Positions 10,103-20,111 of a DNA stretch of 64,000 bases are shown one piece after another; within the stretch, counting starts at the first letter, position 1; each line of letters starts with the position of its first letter. The stretch covers positions 1,626 to 65,625 of the forward strand of contig JAISFS010000131.1 of NCBI GenBank assembly GCA_031263485.1, written 5' to 3'. The position numbers and the translations under genes are program-made. Below the pieces are notes generated by a model, which saw nothing but the letters and a program-made list of their open reading frames with translations, did no database searches and was not told where the DNA came from. The DNA comes from Deltaproteobacteria bacterium (GTDB lineage Bacteria; Desulfobacterota; Desulfarculia; Adiutricales; Adiutricaceae).

Positions 10103-10174
10103 CGACTGTCGCCTCATTGTCGGTGCCTGGCTCGCTCGACTGTCGCCTCATTGTCGGTGCCTGGCTCCCTCGAC
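10103..10174. repeat. 34-bp tandem duplication
   Basis: CGACTGTCGCCTCATTGTCGGTGCCTGGCTC(G/C)CT occurs twice, followed by a partial third unit. Confidence 0.85.
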
Positions 10175-10438
10175 GGTTGCCTCGCGGCGGGGCATGGCTC
10201 GTTGCCGAGGGTTTCCCCACGGCGTGGCATGCAATATGGAGGGGAGGGTTCTCATCAGGGAAATGGAGCCGCCGCGCGGGGAAGCGGAGATCGATCTCCC
10301 GCCCGAAGCCCGCTTCGGGCTTGATCCGCATCCGAGGGCTGTGATAGATTGAGGCGGTTACGGGCCGAACAGGCGCGCCCCGCCGCCGAGCCCCGCCTGC
10401 CGCGGCCGGGGATGCGGTCCCAGAAAGGGAGCCTCATC

Positions 10439-11020
10439 ATGCCTCTCCTGCAGATGGCGCTTGTCGTACATGCCCGCAGGGAACTCATCCTGAGCGCCGG
10501 AGAGCGGCCGCTCGGGACCGAGACCGAAGCGGACTTCGAGGTGACGGACGAGACCGTGGACACCCTGGAGGGGCCGGCCAGCCGCAAGGTGGGCGTGGCC
10601 ACCACGGGCTCCGTCTACCTCACCGGCGCCGAGATCGTGAACCTTGACTACCCGGCCGACAGCATCTCCATGTCATGGTACCTCCCTGGGGAGGAGAACG
10701 AGGACGCAGCCCGGGCGGTGGATCTCTCCAAGGTGGGGCTCATCCCCTCGGTGCTCGCCCGGGACGCCGCGGAGACCGGCTTCCAGTGGCACTTCAAGGT
10801 GGACGCCAGGAGCCCCTTCAAGGAGACCCTCTTTTTCGACTCAGGCTTCCAGCCCCCCTTCAAGGCGTCTGATCTCACGCTGTACCTGACCGATCTGGGC
10901 AACTACGGCTACGGGACCCTCATCCTCTCCCGGGTATTCTACGGTCACAAGGCACCCACCTACACCGAGAACGACTGGGGTTTCCCCGAGACCATCGCCT
11001 CGGGGCGGCTGGAGCAATAG
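10439..11020 (+). CDS. Hypothetical protein
   Basis: ATG at 10439 follows AAAGGGAG. Third codon positions are GC-rich. I recognise no motif. Confidence 0.6.
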   Translation: MPLLQMALVVHARRELILSAGERPLGTETEADFEVTDETVDTLEGPASRKVGVATTGSVYLTGAEIVNLDYPADSISMSWYLPGEENEDAARAVDLSKVGLIPSVLARDAAETGFQWHFKVDARSPFKETLFFDSGFQPPFKASDLTLYLTDLGNYGYGTLILSRVFYGHKAPTYTENDWGFPETIASGRLEQ

Positions 11021-11031
11021 TCGAGGGAAAT

Positions 11032-12177
11032 TTGCGGCAAGAGAGTAAAGGGACGGAAGGTCCTCAGGTCGGCCAGGGAGCCCCCGCAGGCGACCCGCAG
11101 GGCCAGGGTCGCGGTGCGGAAGGCGGGATCTCCGTCTGCCCCGGAACGCCCGCGCACGGTTCCGGAGCCGTCGCTACCCGCCCGGACTGCCCGCCTGAAC
11201 CCGTCGGCGCGACTGCCGTCCCCTCCCCGGATCGCCAAGGCGTCAGGGAATGCCAAGGCGTCAGGCCCGGAGGCGGCTTTCCGTCTGGAGCCGCCGAAGA
11301 CGTCCCGGACGCGGCCCGCCCGCCTGAAGGCGGGTTCCGGATATTCCGCGCGATAGCCCTCGTGTTCCGCAGGCTTTTCGACCGTAGCCCGGACGGGCGG
11401 CGGTCTGCGGAGGAGCCGCGGCGTACGGCAGGGAAGCTCGTCCCTGCCCTGCGGGACGTCTGCCCGGCGGGCGATGCCGCCCAGACGCCCGGCATCTCCG
11501 AGGCGGAGTTGCTGGCGCCCCTGAATGACCGGCTGACGTTGCCGCCGCCCACGGACGGCGCCCGTGTCGAGACGTCACGCGCCCGCGGCCCCGAACGCCA
11601 GGAAGCCTCCAAACCCCAGCCGTCTGTTGCCCGAGGCCCGGGACGCGGCACGGACTCCGACGCGTCCGCCGCGGTTCCCTTGCCGCCCCGCGGGATGCCC
11701 GCCGACTTCGGGGAGGTGTTCCGCGAGGCCTTCCGCCGCAACTTCCGCAAGGACTTCCTGTCCGCCTTCGGCCCGCCCTGCCTGGGCGACGTGCGCCGCG
11801 CCGCCGATATAAGGCACCGGGGCGTCGCCGGGCGCGGCGTACCGGGTACCGAGGCCTTCAGGATGGCCTGCCGCCTTGCCTTCATGGGGGCCTGGGACGC
11901 GGCTTACGCCCCAGCATACAGGGACGCGGCATACCGGACGCTTTTCCAGGCGCGCCCCCCCGCCTTGAAGCGGGGCTTCCGCCGGGAGTTCCGGGCGGAG
12001 TTCAGGAGCCGTTTCGCGCCGACCTTCTGGGGAGAGTTCCGCGCCGTCATGGAGAGGGCCTACGGCGAGCTTTTGGACCGGGACCTGAAGGCCCTTTTCC
12101 TCAAGCGTTTCCTCCATGCCTTCCGCTGGTCCTACGGCGCGGCTTTCGTGAAGGCCTTCAGGGAGGCCTACCCCTGA
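11032..12177 (+). CDS. Hypothetical protein with Phe/Arg-periodic C-terminal half; start uncertain
   Basis: From about 11695 the frame has very GC-rich third positions and encodes FREAFRRNFRKDFLSAF...FRREFRAEFRSRF...FLKRFLHAFRW...FVKAFREAY. The N-terminal Pro/Arg/Gly-rich half is less certain. Overlapping antisense ORFs are judged to be shadow ORFs. Confidence 0.5.
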   Translation: MRQESKGTEGPQVGQGAPAGDPQGQGRGAEGGISVCPGTPAHGSGAVATRPDCPPEPVGATAVPSPDRQGVRECQGVRPGGGFPSGAAEDVPDAARPPEGGFRIFRAIALVFRRLFDRSPDGRRSAEEPRRTAGKLVPALRDVCPAGDAAQTPGISEAELLAPLNDRLTLPPPTDGARVETSRARGPERQEASKPQPSVARGPGRGTDSDASAAVPLPPRGMPADFGEVFREAFRRNFRKDFLSAFGPPCLGDVRRAADIRHRGVAGRGVPGTEAFRMACRLAFMGAWDAAYAPAYRDAAYRTLFQARPPALKRGFRREFRAEFRSRFAPTFWGEFRAVMERAYGELLDRDLKALFLKRFLHAFRWSYGAAFVKAFREAYP

Positions 12178-13050
12178 GCCGCGCACTGTGGCGCCGAAAT
12201 CCCCGCGCAAGACAGCCCGCCGCACCGAGACTGTCCCCCCGCCCGGCTATCGGGCGCTCACTCCTGCGGCTTTATCAGATCCTCCGCGACTTCCGCATCC
12301 TCCGTATCCTCCGAACCTCCTCCCCACCTTGCTTTCCTGCCTCCGGTATTTTCCGCCTCTCCGGCACGTCTTACCCGATAAGTCTCCGGGGAGGCCGAAC
12401 CGCCACCTTCTGTGCAGGGGATGCCTTTCGGGATGGGCGGGGAAGCCTTTCACGATGGGCATGGAAGCCTTTCGGGGCGGACGGGCGAGGCGCTGGCGGG
12501 CGGTTCTGGGAAAAGAACCGGGATGGGGAGAATCGGAAAAGGGTGGCTGAAATCCTGAATAGGAAACGGCAAGCCGAAATGTTTACCTATAAATCCATGA
12601 TAGGCAAATGATATCTAAATATAAATTAAAAATATCATTGACATATAATGGAATATCGGAATTAAATTTCGGAAATCTTGAATTGATAAGCCATTAATTT
12701 CATATTCCACTATGATTCCTGGATTATTAAGAAATATCGAAACATGAATTCAGGAAATGATGATAGATAAAGGATAATCTGGACAGGATCCCCTGAACCT
12801 TGACATGCAACGGTCACGGGAATCGGAACATAGATTGTTGGGGTTGGAGGTGCGCGGGCGGAGGGCGGGAGGGCAGAGGGCATTGTAGCAAATGACTTTT
12901 TCCGACGAATCATGTAAAGTGAAAATTTAGCGTCCGGGTTTCAGGGGACGCCCCTCCCATACCTTTTCGAGGACTTATACGCTCAAGCCCTGGCACCCAT
13001 GCTTTCCGGAGGCCCCGTCTCGTGGCGGCCGGCCCCTTTGGCCTGCGTAC

Positions 13051-14730
13051 ATGACCCTTCCCGAAACGATCCCGCCATCTGACGCCAGCGGCAGGTCTGC
13101 CGACGGTCTCCCGCGCGGCCGCTCGCGGGCGGAGCGCAAGGCCCTCCGGGCGATGCGCCTGGCCGCCGGGGCCCGCAGAGGCGCCCGCCGCGCCGCGCGG
13201 CCCGGGGCATGCGCCGTACTGTGCGCGATCCTCTCGGCCTTATCCGGCTGCGGGCTCTTCGGGGGCGGGAGCCAGGCCCCGACCGCTGGCGGCGGCGCGT
13301 CCGCGTCACCGGCGGTGCTGGGGGTGGACCCCCAGCGTTTCTCCGGCGGGGTTGCCCCCGCCGATTACGGGCGGGGCGCCGACTACTTCAGCGTCTGGTG
13401 CGGCAGCTGGACCGACGAGGCCCCGGCCAAGGCCGCGGCCCAGGCGCTCCAGCGGCAGGGCCTCACGGCCTTCGCACTGAAGAAGACCCTGGAGGAGAAG
13501 CGGATCCCCTTCAACAGGACCGTGGGGGACTACTGGCTCCTCATGACCGGGCTCTTCGGCGAGCGGGCTGACGCCGAGGCGCTGGGCTCGCGGCTCAAGG
13601 CCCGTGGGCTCGTCTCCGGCTACCAGGTCATCCGCGCTGACCTGCCCGCCGAGACCGCCACCTTCGAGGCTCAGACGCGGCCCTTGGCACAGCGCTCCGA
13701 GACGGCCCAGCGGAGCGCCCAGGAGAGGCTGGGCCAGCCCGTGTCCCCCTCATCGCCCTCAGCCACCGGGGAGGCCTTCAAGCGGGCCGTCACCGGCCGC
13801 TACATCGGGAGCTTTCGGGACGAGTGGGCCGCCAAGGACGAGGCCAGGCGTCTCACCTCGGCCGGCTGGCCCGCAGGGGTGGAGTCGGCGACGGATACCG
13901 GCGGCATGTGGTACCGGGTGTACCTGACCGGCCAAAACCAGGTGGAGGGCGGCGAGTCCGCCTTCGCCTCGGCGGTCCCGGAGGGGGCGGCAGCCTCCGG
14001 TTACCGCGTCTCCCGCCAGTCGATCCAGGCGGCCCAGGCTCAGGGCTCCTCCCAGAAGGGCCTGGTATTGGTGGTGGACACCTCCGGGCTCAAGGGGGCC
14101 TGGGGGGCCTCGGCGCCCAACCGCGCCCGGTCGGACGCGTCCAGCTGCGCCGGCTATTCCCAGTCCGGGAGGCTCCTGGCCTCGCTGGAGCGGCTGGCGA
14201 GCTACATCCCCGATGCCGGGCTTCTCGTGTCCGTGAGGAATCTGGGCTTCCGCGAGGAGCCGGGCGTCTTCGCAAGGGCCGCAAGATCTGTCAAGTCGTG
14301 GTGGAGCGAGGACGGTTCCGCGTACTCCGAGGCCCGCCCGGCCTACGGCCCGGCCGTCTACAACCGCCCTGAGGTGCTCCGGGCCGTGCGCGGCATGAAG
14401 CCAGACGTGCGCCCCGCGCCGCTGGGGCCCGGCCTGTCGGGTTTGAGCGAGCTCCAGGGGATACCCGGCCGCAAGACCGTGGTCCTCTTCTCCGATTTCC
14501 GCTTCAAGGACTCCACCGAAGGGGCCGAGGCCGCCGCCGGCGGGTTGCGGGGCCAGTACGGGGACGTGGACTTCCTGGTGGTCTACGGGGACTCCTCGGG
14601 GGAGGGCTGGAGGCTCGCAGAGTCGCTTTCGAGGGCCGGCGGGGGGGGACCGGAGGCATGGGACGGCTGTCTGCTTCTGACCGACAACGGCTATTTCGAG
14701 AGGTTCGTGAAGCGGGTCTTCCCGCGCTAG
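13051..14730 (+). CDS. SPOR-domain lipoprotein with a degenerate vWA-like C-terminal region
   Basis: Lipobox LSALSGCG. An alternative start at ATG 13153 gives a cleaner signal peptide. There are two SPOR-like segments (FSVWCGSW...GLTAFALKK; YIGSFRDEWAAKDEARRL...WYRVYLTG). The C-terminal part has VLVVDTSGL and KTVVLFSDF, reminiscent of vWA strands. Confidence 0.7.
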   Translation: MTLPETIPPSDASGRSADGLPRGRSRAERKALRAMRLAAGARRGARRAARPGACAVLCAILSALSGCGLFGGGSQAPTAGGGASASPAVLGVDPQRFSGGVAPADYGRGADYFSVWCGSWTDEAPAKAAAQALQRQGLTAFALKKTLEEKRIPFNRTVGDYWLLMTGLFGERADAEALGSRLKARGLVSGYQVIRADLPAETATFEAQTRPLAQRSETAQRSAQERLGQPVSPSSPSATGEAFKRAVTGRYIGSFRDEWAAKDEARRLTSAGWPAGVESATDTGGMWYRVYLTGQNQVEGGESAFASAVPEGAAASGYRVSRQSIQAAQAQGSSQKGLVLVVDTSGLKGAWGASAPNRARSDASSCAGYSQSGRLLASLERLASYIPDAGLLVSVRNLGFREEPGVFARAARSVKSWWSEDGSAYSEARPAYGPAVYNRPEVLRAVRGMKPDVRPAPLGPGLSGLSELQGIPGRKTVVLFSDFRFKDSTEGAEAAAGGLRGQYGDVDFLVVYGDSSGEGWRLAESLSRAGGGGPEAWDGCLLLTDNGYFERFVKRVFPR

Positions 14731-14835
14731 GGGACCCGGCCAGGGCTTCGCGGGGCGGGGGAGGCCGCCGGCCCCCCGCGCCCCCGGGGCGCCCCTTGGG
14801 CGCCAACCCATCCGACGACTAAAAGACGAGGACCA

Positions 14836-16299
14836 ATGCCAGAACACACCTACGAAAGGGTCGCGTTCTTCTCCGGAGAGAAGATCCCCCTGGAGATGCA
14901 CAAAGCCAGGATGGTCCAGAGGGTCCACCTCCGCCCCGTGGGGGAGAGGCTGGCCGTGCTGACGTCCACGGGCAACAACACCTTCCTCTTGCCCAACCGC
15001 GACGTATTCCTGGACATGCTCACCGACAGCGGGGTCAACGCCATGAGCGAGGCCCAGTACGCGGCCATGCTCCTGGCGGACGACAGCTACGCCGGCTCGG
15101 AGACATACTACCGCCTCGAGAAGACGGTGCGGGGATTCTTCGGGTTGCCCTACTTCCTGCCCGCCCACCAGGGGCGCGCCTGCGAGAACATCCTCGCCAC
15201 CGCCTACGTGAAGCCCGGCGACTACATGGTCACCAACTACCACTTCACGACCACCAAGGCCCACGTGACCCGTTTGGGCGGGCTGGTCTACGAGTGCGTG
15301 TCGGACGCGGCCTCGGAGACCGAGAGCACGGATCCCTTCAAGGGCAACTACGAGATGGCCAAGCTCGAGAGCTTCGTGGACAGGACGGGGACCGAGAAGA
15401 TAGCCTTCGTGCGCATCGAGGCGGGCACGAACCTCATAGGCGGCCAGCCGGTGTCCCTGGAGAACATGCGCGAGGTCTCGGCATTCTGCCGCAGGAAGGG
15501 CCTGAGGCTCGTCTTCGACGCGAGCCTGCTGGCGGACAACCTCTACTTCATCAAGACCCGCGAGAAGTCCTGCATGAAGCGGCCCCTGGACGAGATAGTC
15601 CTGGAGATGTGCTCGCTCATGGACATCATCTACTTCTCCGGCCGCAAGCTCGGCTGCGCGCGCGGCGGAGGCCTCGCGCTCGCCCACGAGAAGGACTACC
15701 GGAAGCTTAGGGACTTCGTGCCTCTCTTCGAGGGTTTCCTCACGTACGGCGGCATGTCGGTGCGCGAGATGGAGGCCATGAACGTGGGCATCCAGGAGAC
15801 GCTGGACATCGACGTCATCAGCCAGACGCCGCTTTTCGTGGAGGCCCTGGGCGAGGAGCTTCAGGCCAAGGGCATCCCGGTGGTGACCCCGTTCGGGGGC
15901 CTGGGCTGTCACCTGGACGCGATGAGGTTCATCCCCCACGTGCCTCAGGAGCAGTACCCGGCAGGGGCCCTGGGATCGGCAGTGTACCTGACGAGCGGCT
16001 GCCGCGGCATGGAGCGCGGCACCATGTCCGAACAGCGCAACCCAGACGGGTCGGAGCATCTCTCCACGGTGGAGCTCCTGCGCCTGGCCGTGCCCAAGCG
16101 CGTCTTCACCCTCTCCCAGCTGAAGTTCGTGGCGGACCGCCTGGGTTGGCTCTACGAGCACCGGGACCTCATCGGCGGGCTGGAGTTCGAGGACGAGCCC
16201 GAGACCCTCCGCTTCTTCCTGGGCCGCCTGCGCCCCGTCGGCGACTGGCAGCAGAGGCTCGCCGATGCCTTCAGGAAGGACATGCCTTCCGGCCTCTAG
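14836..16299 (+). CDS. Beta-eliminating lyase (tryptophanase / tyrosine phenol-lyase family)
   Basis: Colinear with E. coli TnaA as I remember it: DVFLDMLTDSG, PAHQGRACE, GGQPVSLENM, DASLLADNLYFIK, SGRK (PLP lysine region), FLTYGG, ELLRLAVPKR. Substrate specificity cannot be assigned. Confidence 0.9.
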   Translation: MPEHTYERVAFFSGEKIPLEMHKARMVQRVHLRPVGERLAVLTSTGNNTFLLPNRDVFLDMLTDSGVNAMSEAQYAAMLLADDSYAGSETYYRLEKTVRGFFGLPYFLPAHQGRACENILATAYVKPGDYMVTNYHFTTTKAHVTRLGGLVYECVSDAASETESTDPFKGNYEMAKLESFVDRTGTEKIAFVRIEAGTNLIGGQPVSLENMREVSAFCRRKGLRLVFDASLLADNLYFIKTREKSCMKRPLDEIVLEMCSLMDIIYFSGRKLGCARGGGLALAHEKDYRKLRDFVPLFEGFLTYGGMSVREMEAMNVGIQETLDIDVISQTPLFVEALGEELQAKGIPVVTPFGGLGCHLDAMRFIPHVPQEQYPAGALGSAVYLTSGCRGMERGTMSEQRNPDGSEHLSTVELLRLAVPKRVFTLSQLKFVADRLGWLYEHRDLIGGLEFEDEPETLRFFLGRLRPVGDWQQRLADAFRKDMPSGL

Positions 16300-16426
16300 T
16301 CCGCCCGACCGCCTTTTCCGGTCGCGCCGACCCCCGCCCCGCGCAGCCGGGCGTGGGTCGGCGGGGCGGTTGCTTCCTGTTTCAGCCGCGCCTGCCTTCG
16401 GCCCGCCGAACATGGACCGCGGACAA

Positions 16427-16535
16427 GGCGGACATGGTCAACGGACGCCGGCATCGGACGACGGCGGCCATGGTCCGCGGACGTCGGCATCGGACGACGG
16501 CGGACATGGTCCGCAGACGCCGACAGCGGACACGG
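16427..16535. repeat. 36-bp tandem repeat, about 3 units
   Basis: GGCGG(A/C)CATGGTC..CGGACG.CGGCATCGGACGAC starts at 16427, 16463 and 16499. It is intergenic. Confidence 0.8.
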
Positions 16536-16806
16536 GCCAGGACCCCGAGCGGAAGGCACCGAAGAACGGCAGCGGGGACAGGGCGGGGAGAGGTGACAGA
16601 GAGGGTTGACGTTTCGGAATCAGGGGTTGGCCTGGGAGCGGCGGTTTCGGGAAGTGCGTTTCGGCATCGGGACTCTCGGTCAAGGCCGGAGAAGCGCAGG
16701 TTCTACCGGTAAGGCAGGTTACTGTCATCGGCTGGCAGTTTATGCGATTTTGCAGGGAGAGACACCGGACATAGACGACCAGTCGGTCTGGGTAAGCGGT
16801 TACGTG

Positions 16807-16834
16807 TTGACAGCCTCGGATTCAACCGTAATAG
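16807..16834 (+). promoter_or_regulatory. Sigma70-like promoter TTGACA-N16-TAATAG
   Basis: Hexamer match upstream of ATPase-nuclease paralog 1. Confidence 0.4.
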
Positions 16835-16972
16835 TTACTTAAATCGTGGTCCATGTCTGTTGGGCAATGGTTTCTGTGGACGGACCCCTTAAAACATTTC
16901 GGTTGTCGGTTTCGCTCATGGATGCCTCAAGCAGTTTGCCATTTTGGATTTGCAGGTTCGAGGACCGCATTC

Positions 16973-18931
16973 ATGCCCGGAAACCATGATGCCAACCGTA
17001 AAAAAAGACCTTTGAAGCGTTTGCCGGTAAACGAGTCTTCCTTCTCGGAAATAATCGGTAGCAAATCGGTTTATGTCGACAAGACCCGGATGATCCACAG
17101 TCTCATCACGAACTTGAAAACGCCTTATTTCCTTGCCAGGCCGAGGAGATTCGGCAAGACCCTCGTCCTCGACACGATTCAGAACGTTTTTGAAGGGCGT
17201 CAGGAGCTTTTCGCCGGGCTGGATATATCAAAACTGAAATACGACTGGAAACCTTATCCGGTGATCCGGCTGGATCTGAGCTCGGTGAATACCGATCCCG
17301 ATGAATTTCAGGAGGATCTCACCACGGTTATCAAAACCGTCGCCTTGAGAGATCACAAAATACATCTTGACGTCAAGGCGGACAGCGATGTGTCCGCCAT
17401 CAGGGGACTGATCGAAGAGCTTTACTGCAGGTATGCCGACAACGGACCGTCATCGGGTGGGGCAGGACGGAAATCAGCTGACAGCCGGATTGTCGTGATC
17501 CTCATCGATGAATACGATGCACCTATGCTGGACAATATCGACGATTATAAGAAATGCGAGGCGATAAGGCAGATTTTATATAAATTTTATCGTGCAATCA
17601 AATCAGAGGCCAAGTTATTACGCCACGTATTCGTTACCGGCATTACCAAATTCAAGAAAATGCCCCTCTTTTCGGCCTTAAACAACATCAAGGACATATC
17701 TCTCGGCGGGGAATATTCCACGCTTTGTGGCTTCACTCAAGACGAATTGACTCAATGTTTCGATTACCACCTGAATTCTAGCCTGAAATCCTTGAAAAGG
17801 GATCGATATTTCGGTCCCGACTCCACCGTAGACACGCTTATGACCGAGATTATGTACTGGTACGACGGTTACAGTTTTGACGGAAGGACAACCGTTTTCA
17901 ACCCTTATTCGATAGTATCGTTTTTTGACGCCAAGGAATTTGACGATTACTGGTACCAATCCGGCGATTCCCTCTTCAACCATAACAACGGATTAAGCAA
18001 CAAAAATTGTTTTGACTTGTTTGACACGGATCTGTCTTTTGCGAGCACATTTAAGGTCCTTGATCCCGGCAAAATGAACGACGTTTCCGTTCTCATGCAA
18101 ACCGGATATTTAACGATCGATAGAGTCAGAAAATCAGGGGGATTGAGGAATTATCACCTGAAGATCCCTAATAACGAGATCAGAAACGCCATTGCCTACG
18201 AAATTATGGAACACGCGATTGTTCCTGACGGTATAAACGATCCTGTAAAGTTTCTCAGCGTGTATTTTCATGATTTTATCGAAGCTTTCCTGTCTATGGA
18301 CGGCGAAAAATGCGAATCGCTATTCTCCTCTTTTATCGCCGCCTTCCCGTCAAATTTGCTCGGCACTCCTGAAGCGGGCGAATATGTCTATCATGCCTTG
18401 TTGTATTGCCAGCTGAAAGCCTGCCGCCTTGACGTGCGCTGTGAAAACAGGACAGGCAAAGGCATTTCGGATATAGTCGTCAGAACGCCTGCAGGCGACT
18501 GGATAGTCATTGAACTCAAATACACCAAGCCTGAAAGGGATTTGCCGGAATATCCTGCGGTCTCCGCAGATCCCGCGGATCCTATGGCTCCCGGATCCCC
18601 TGATTCCAATATGGTTGGCATTTCCTCAGATGGACTGCCTCATATTTCCGGACCAGACATCCAGGGCACCGATGCTTCTGTCCCTCCAGACGACTCGTCC
18701 AAGCCGCTTGTCGCCGGTTTGCTGTCGGAACCGGCTCTAAAAAGCCTCAGACGCAACGTTGATTTTGCGTTTAAACAGATAGTGAGGAACAATTATGCCT
18801 TGCCGTTCATCTCGATGAGAAACAAGGTTTTTGCCGTTGCGGTCGCTGTTTATGGCAGAAACGACGTGATGTTCCGGTTCAAGGAGGTTGCATGGTCTAA
18901 TGAAACCCATAAGGCAGTCGCATACAAATGA
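16973..18931 (+). CDS. AAA-ATPase-like + PD-(D/E)XK nuclease fusion protein, paralog 1
   Basis: ATG at 16973 follows GAGGA. Motifs: VYVDKT, RPRRFGKTLVLDT (Walker A-like), VVILIDEYD (Walker B-like), ITGITKFKKMPLFSALNNI, WYDGYSFDG, and C-terminal DIVV...IVIELKY (D..E.K). AT-rich codon usage. Confidence 0.85.
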   Translation: MPGNHDANRKKRPLKRLPVNESSFSEIIGSKSVYVDKTRMIHSLITNLKTPYFLARPRRFGKTLVLDTIQNVFEGRQELFAGLDISKLKYDWKPYPVIRLDLSSVNTDPDEFQEDLTTVIKTVALRDHKIHLDVKADSDVSAIRGLIEELYCRYADNGPSSGGAGRKSADSRIVVILIDEYDAPMLDNIDDYKKCEAIRQILYKFYRAIKSEAKLLRHVFVTGITKFKKMPLFSALNNIKDISLGGEYSTLCGFTQDELTQCFDYHLNSSLKSLKRDRYFGPDSTVDTLMTEIMYWYDGYSFDGRTTVFNPYSIVSFFDAKEFDDYWYQSGDSLFNHNNGLSNKNCFDLFDTDLSFASTFKVLDPGKMNDVSVLMQTGYLTIDRVRKSGGLRNYHLKIPNNEIRNAIAYEIMEHAIVPDGINDPVKFLSVYFHDFIEAFLSMDGEKCESLFSSFIAAFPSNLLGTPEAGEYVYHALLYCQLKACRLDVRCENRTGKGISDIVVRTPAGDWIVIELKYTKPERDLPEYPAVSADPADPMAPGSPDSNMVGISSDGLPHISGPDIQGTDASVPPDDSSKPLVAGLLSEPALKSLRRNVDFAFKQIVRNNYALPFISMRNKVFAVAVAVYGRNDVMFRFKEVAWSNETHKAVAYK

Positions 18932-19205
18932 ATATCTGTTCAATCCTGGACATCCGTGGGTTAGACCGCTCCACGATGATGTCGGCAGTTTTTCCGCTGA
19001 TTAAAGAATTGGATTGATGACATTTCGCATTTCCAAATTTTTCTGCCAATATTTGCAAAGGATCGGATTTAGATCCGACAACTGCTTCATGGTTGCCGAT
19101 GTGCAGCGGTATCCTTGCATGCGATATCACTTCGATGGGCAAATACGATAAATTCTTCAATGCCTGAATATTCACTCCAATCAAGGTGTTTCGGTTATTA
19201 ATCAT
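18897..19205 (-). pseudogene. Possible 5'-truncated metallophosphoesterase remnant
   Basis: Only a PLHIGNHE (GNHE-like) motif is present. There is no GDxxDRG region upstream. It is short and overlaps the convergent gene end. Confidence 0.25.
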
Positions 19206-20111
19206 TATGTGTTACGGATACGGCAACCCAGAATAATCTGTTGATTAAAACTGCTTCTTTGACCATATATAAATTTGAGTCAAAGAAAAATTTAAGATTA
19301 TGTAGGTATCATCCTTTTCTCATAAATTGCATCCGGAGTAATAGTGCGCCGCCTTCGACGAACGGCGCGTGTTCAGGTCGCCCGTGGGCGGTACGGCTGG
19401 CGACCGCGTTGCCGTGACAGGGGCACCTCGCTGAAGATAGCTTCGGAACCGGCATTTGCATGCGAATTCCCTTTGTTCGGTGACGCTTGGCGCGGTCCAT
19501 CGATCGTCCAGGCCCTCTCGGCACCCGCGCCTGTAGCGAGACTGAAATCATCCGGCTTGTCCTTGCCCAAGCTTGCAGGGCCGTTGCCGATGGCCGGTTG
19601 CGGTCCCGGTCGGGCGTGTTGAGCCGCAGCTGGCTCACCGGTTGGGGAGATCAAGGCGAACGAGCCGATACGTCCCGACCTGCCCGGGACGGCTGACGGG
19701 CCCCCTGACGTCATGGCTCCGACGGCGGGATTTGAAATCGTGTCGTGTCAGGCGCCGGGGCAGTCGCGAGCGGCCGTCTCGGAGCGGCGCACGCAGTCGA
19801 TCGGGCCGGGCGGCCGGGTCTTTTCCGGAAAGTTTTCAGGGCAGCTCCGGAAGCCGCCGCGACCGCCCCCGGAAGCCGCCGTGCGGCAAACTCGGGCGCG
19901 GAATGCCGTTTCAGCACGTCATGCGCGGGCGTCCTTCGTCGCGCCGCGCACGTCAGGGAGTCAGGCATGTCTGGAGCGAGTCGCAACGTGCCGCCTTGGC
20001 TGTCCACCTCTTGGCTGTCCCCCGCAGTACGCGGGGCCGGAAGGTTTAGGGATCGAGGCGGCGCGGGATCCTGAGGGCGCAAGTGGCGCCGTGGGGAAGC
20101 TCAGTTGCCCT

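Noticed and set aside
13759-16413. 884-aa antisense ORF. Similar long ORFs occur at 2182-3942 (-), 19713-21167 (+), 25975-27237 (-), 28769-30244 (-), 50332-53292 (-), 54057-55385 (-) and 62297-63676 (-).
   Set aside because: They lie opposite genes with clear family motifs, and translate to Arg/Gly/Pro/Ala-rich low-complexity sequence. They are the stop-poor shadow frames expected in GC-rich DNA.
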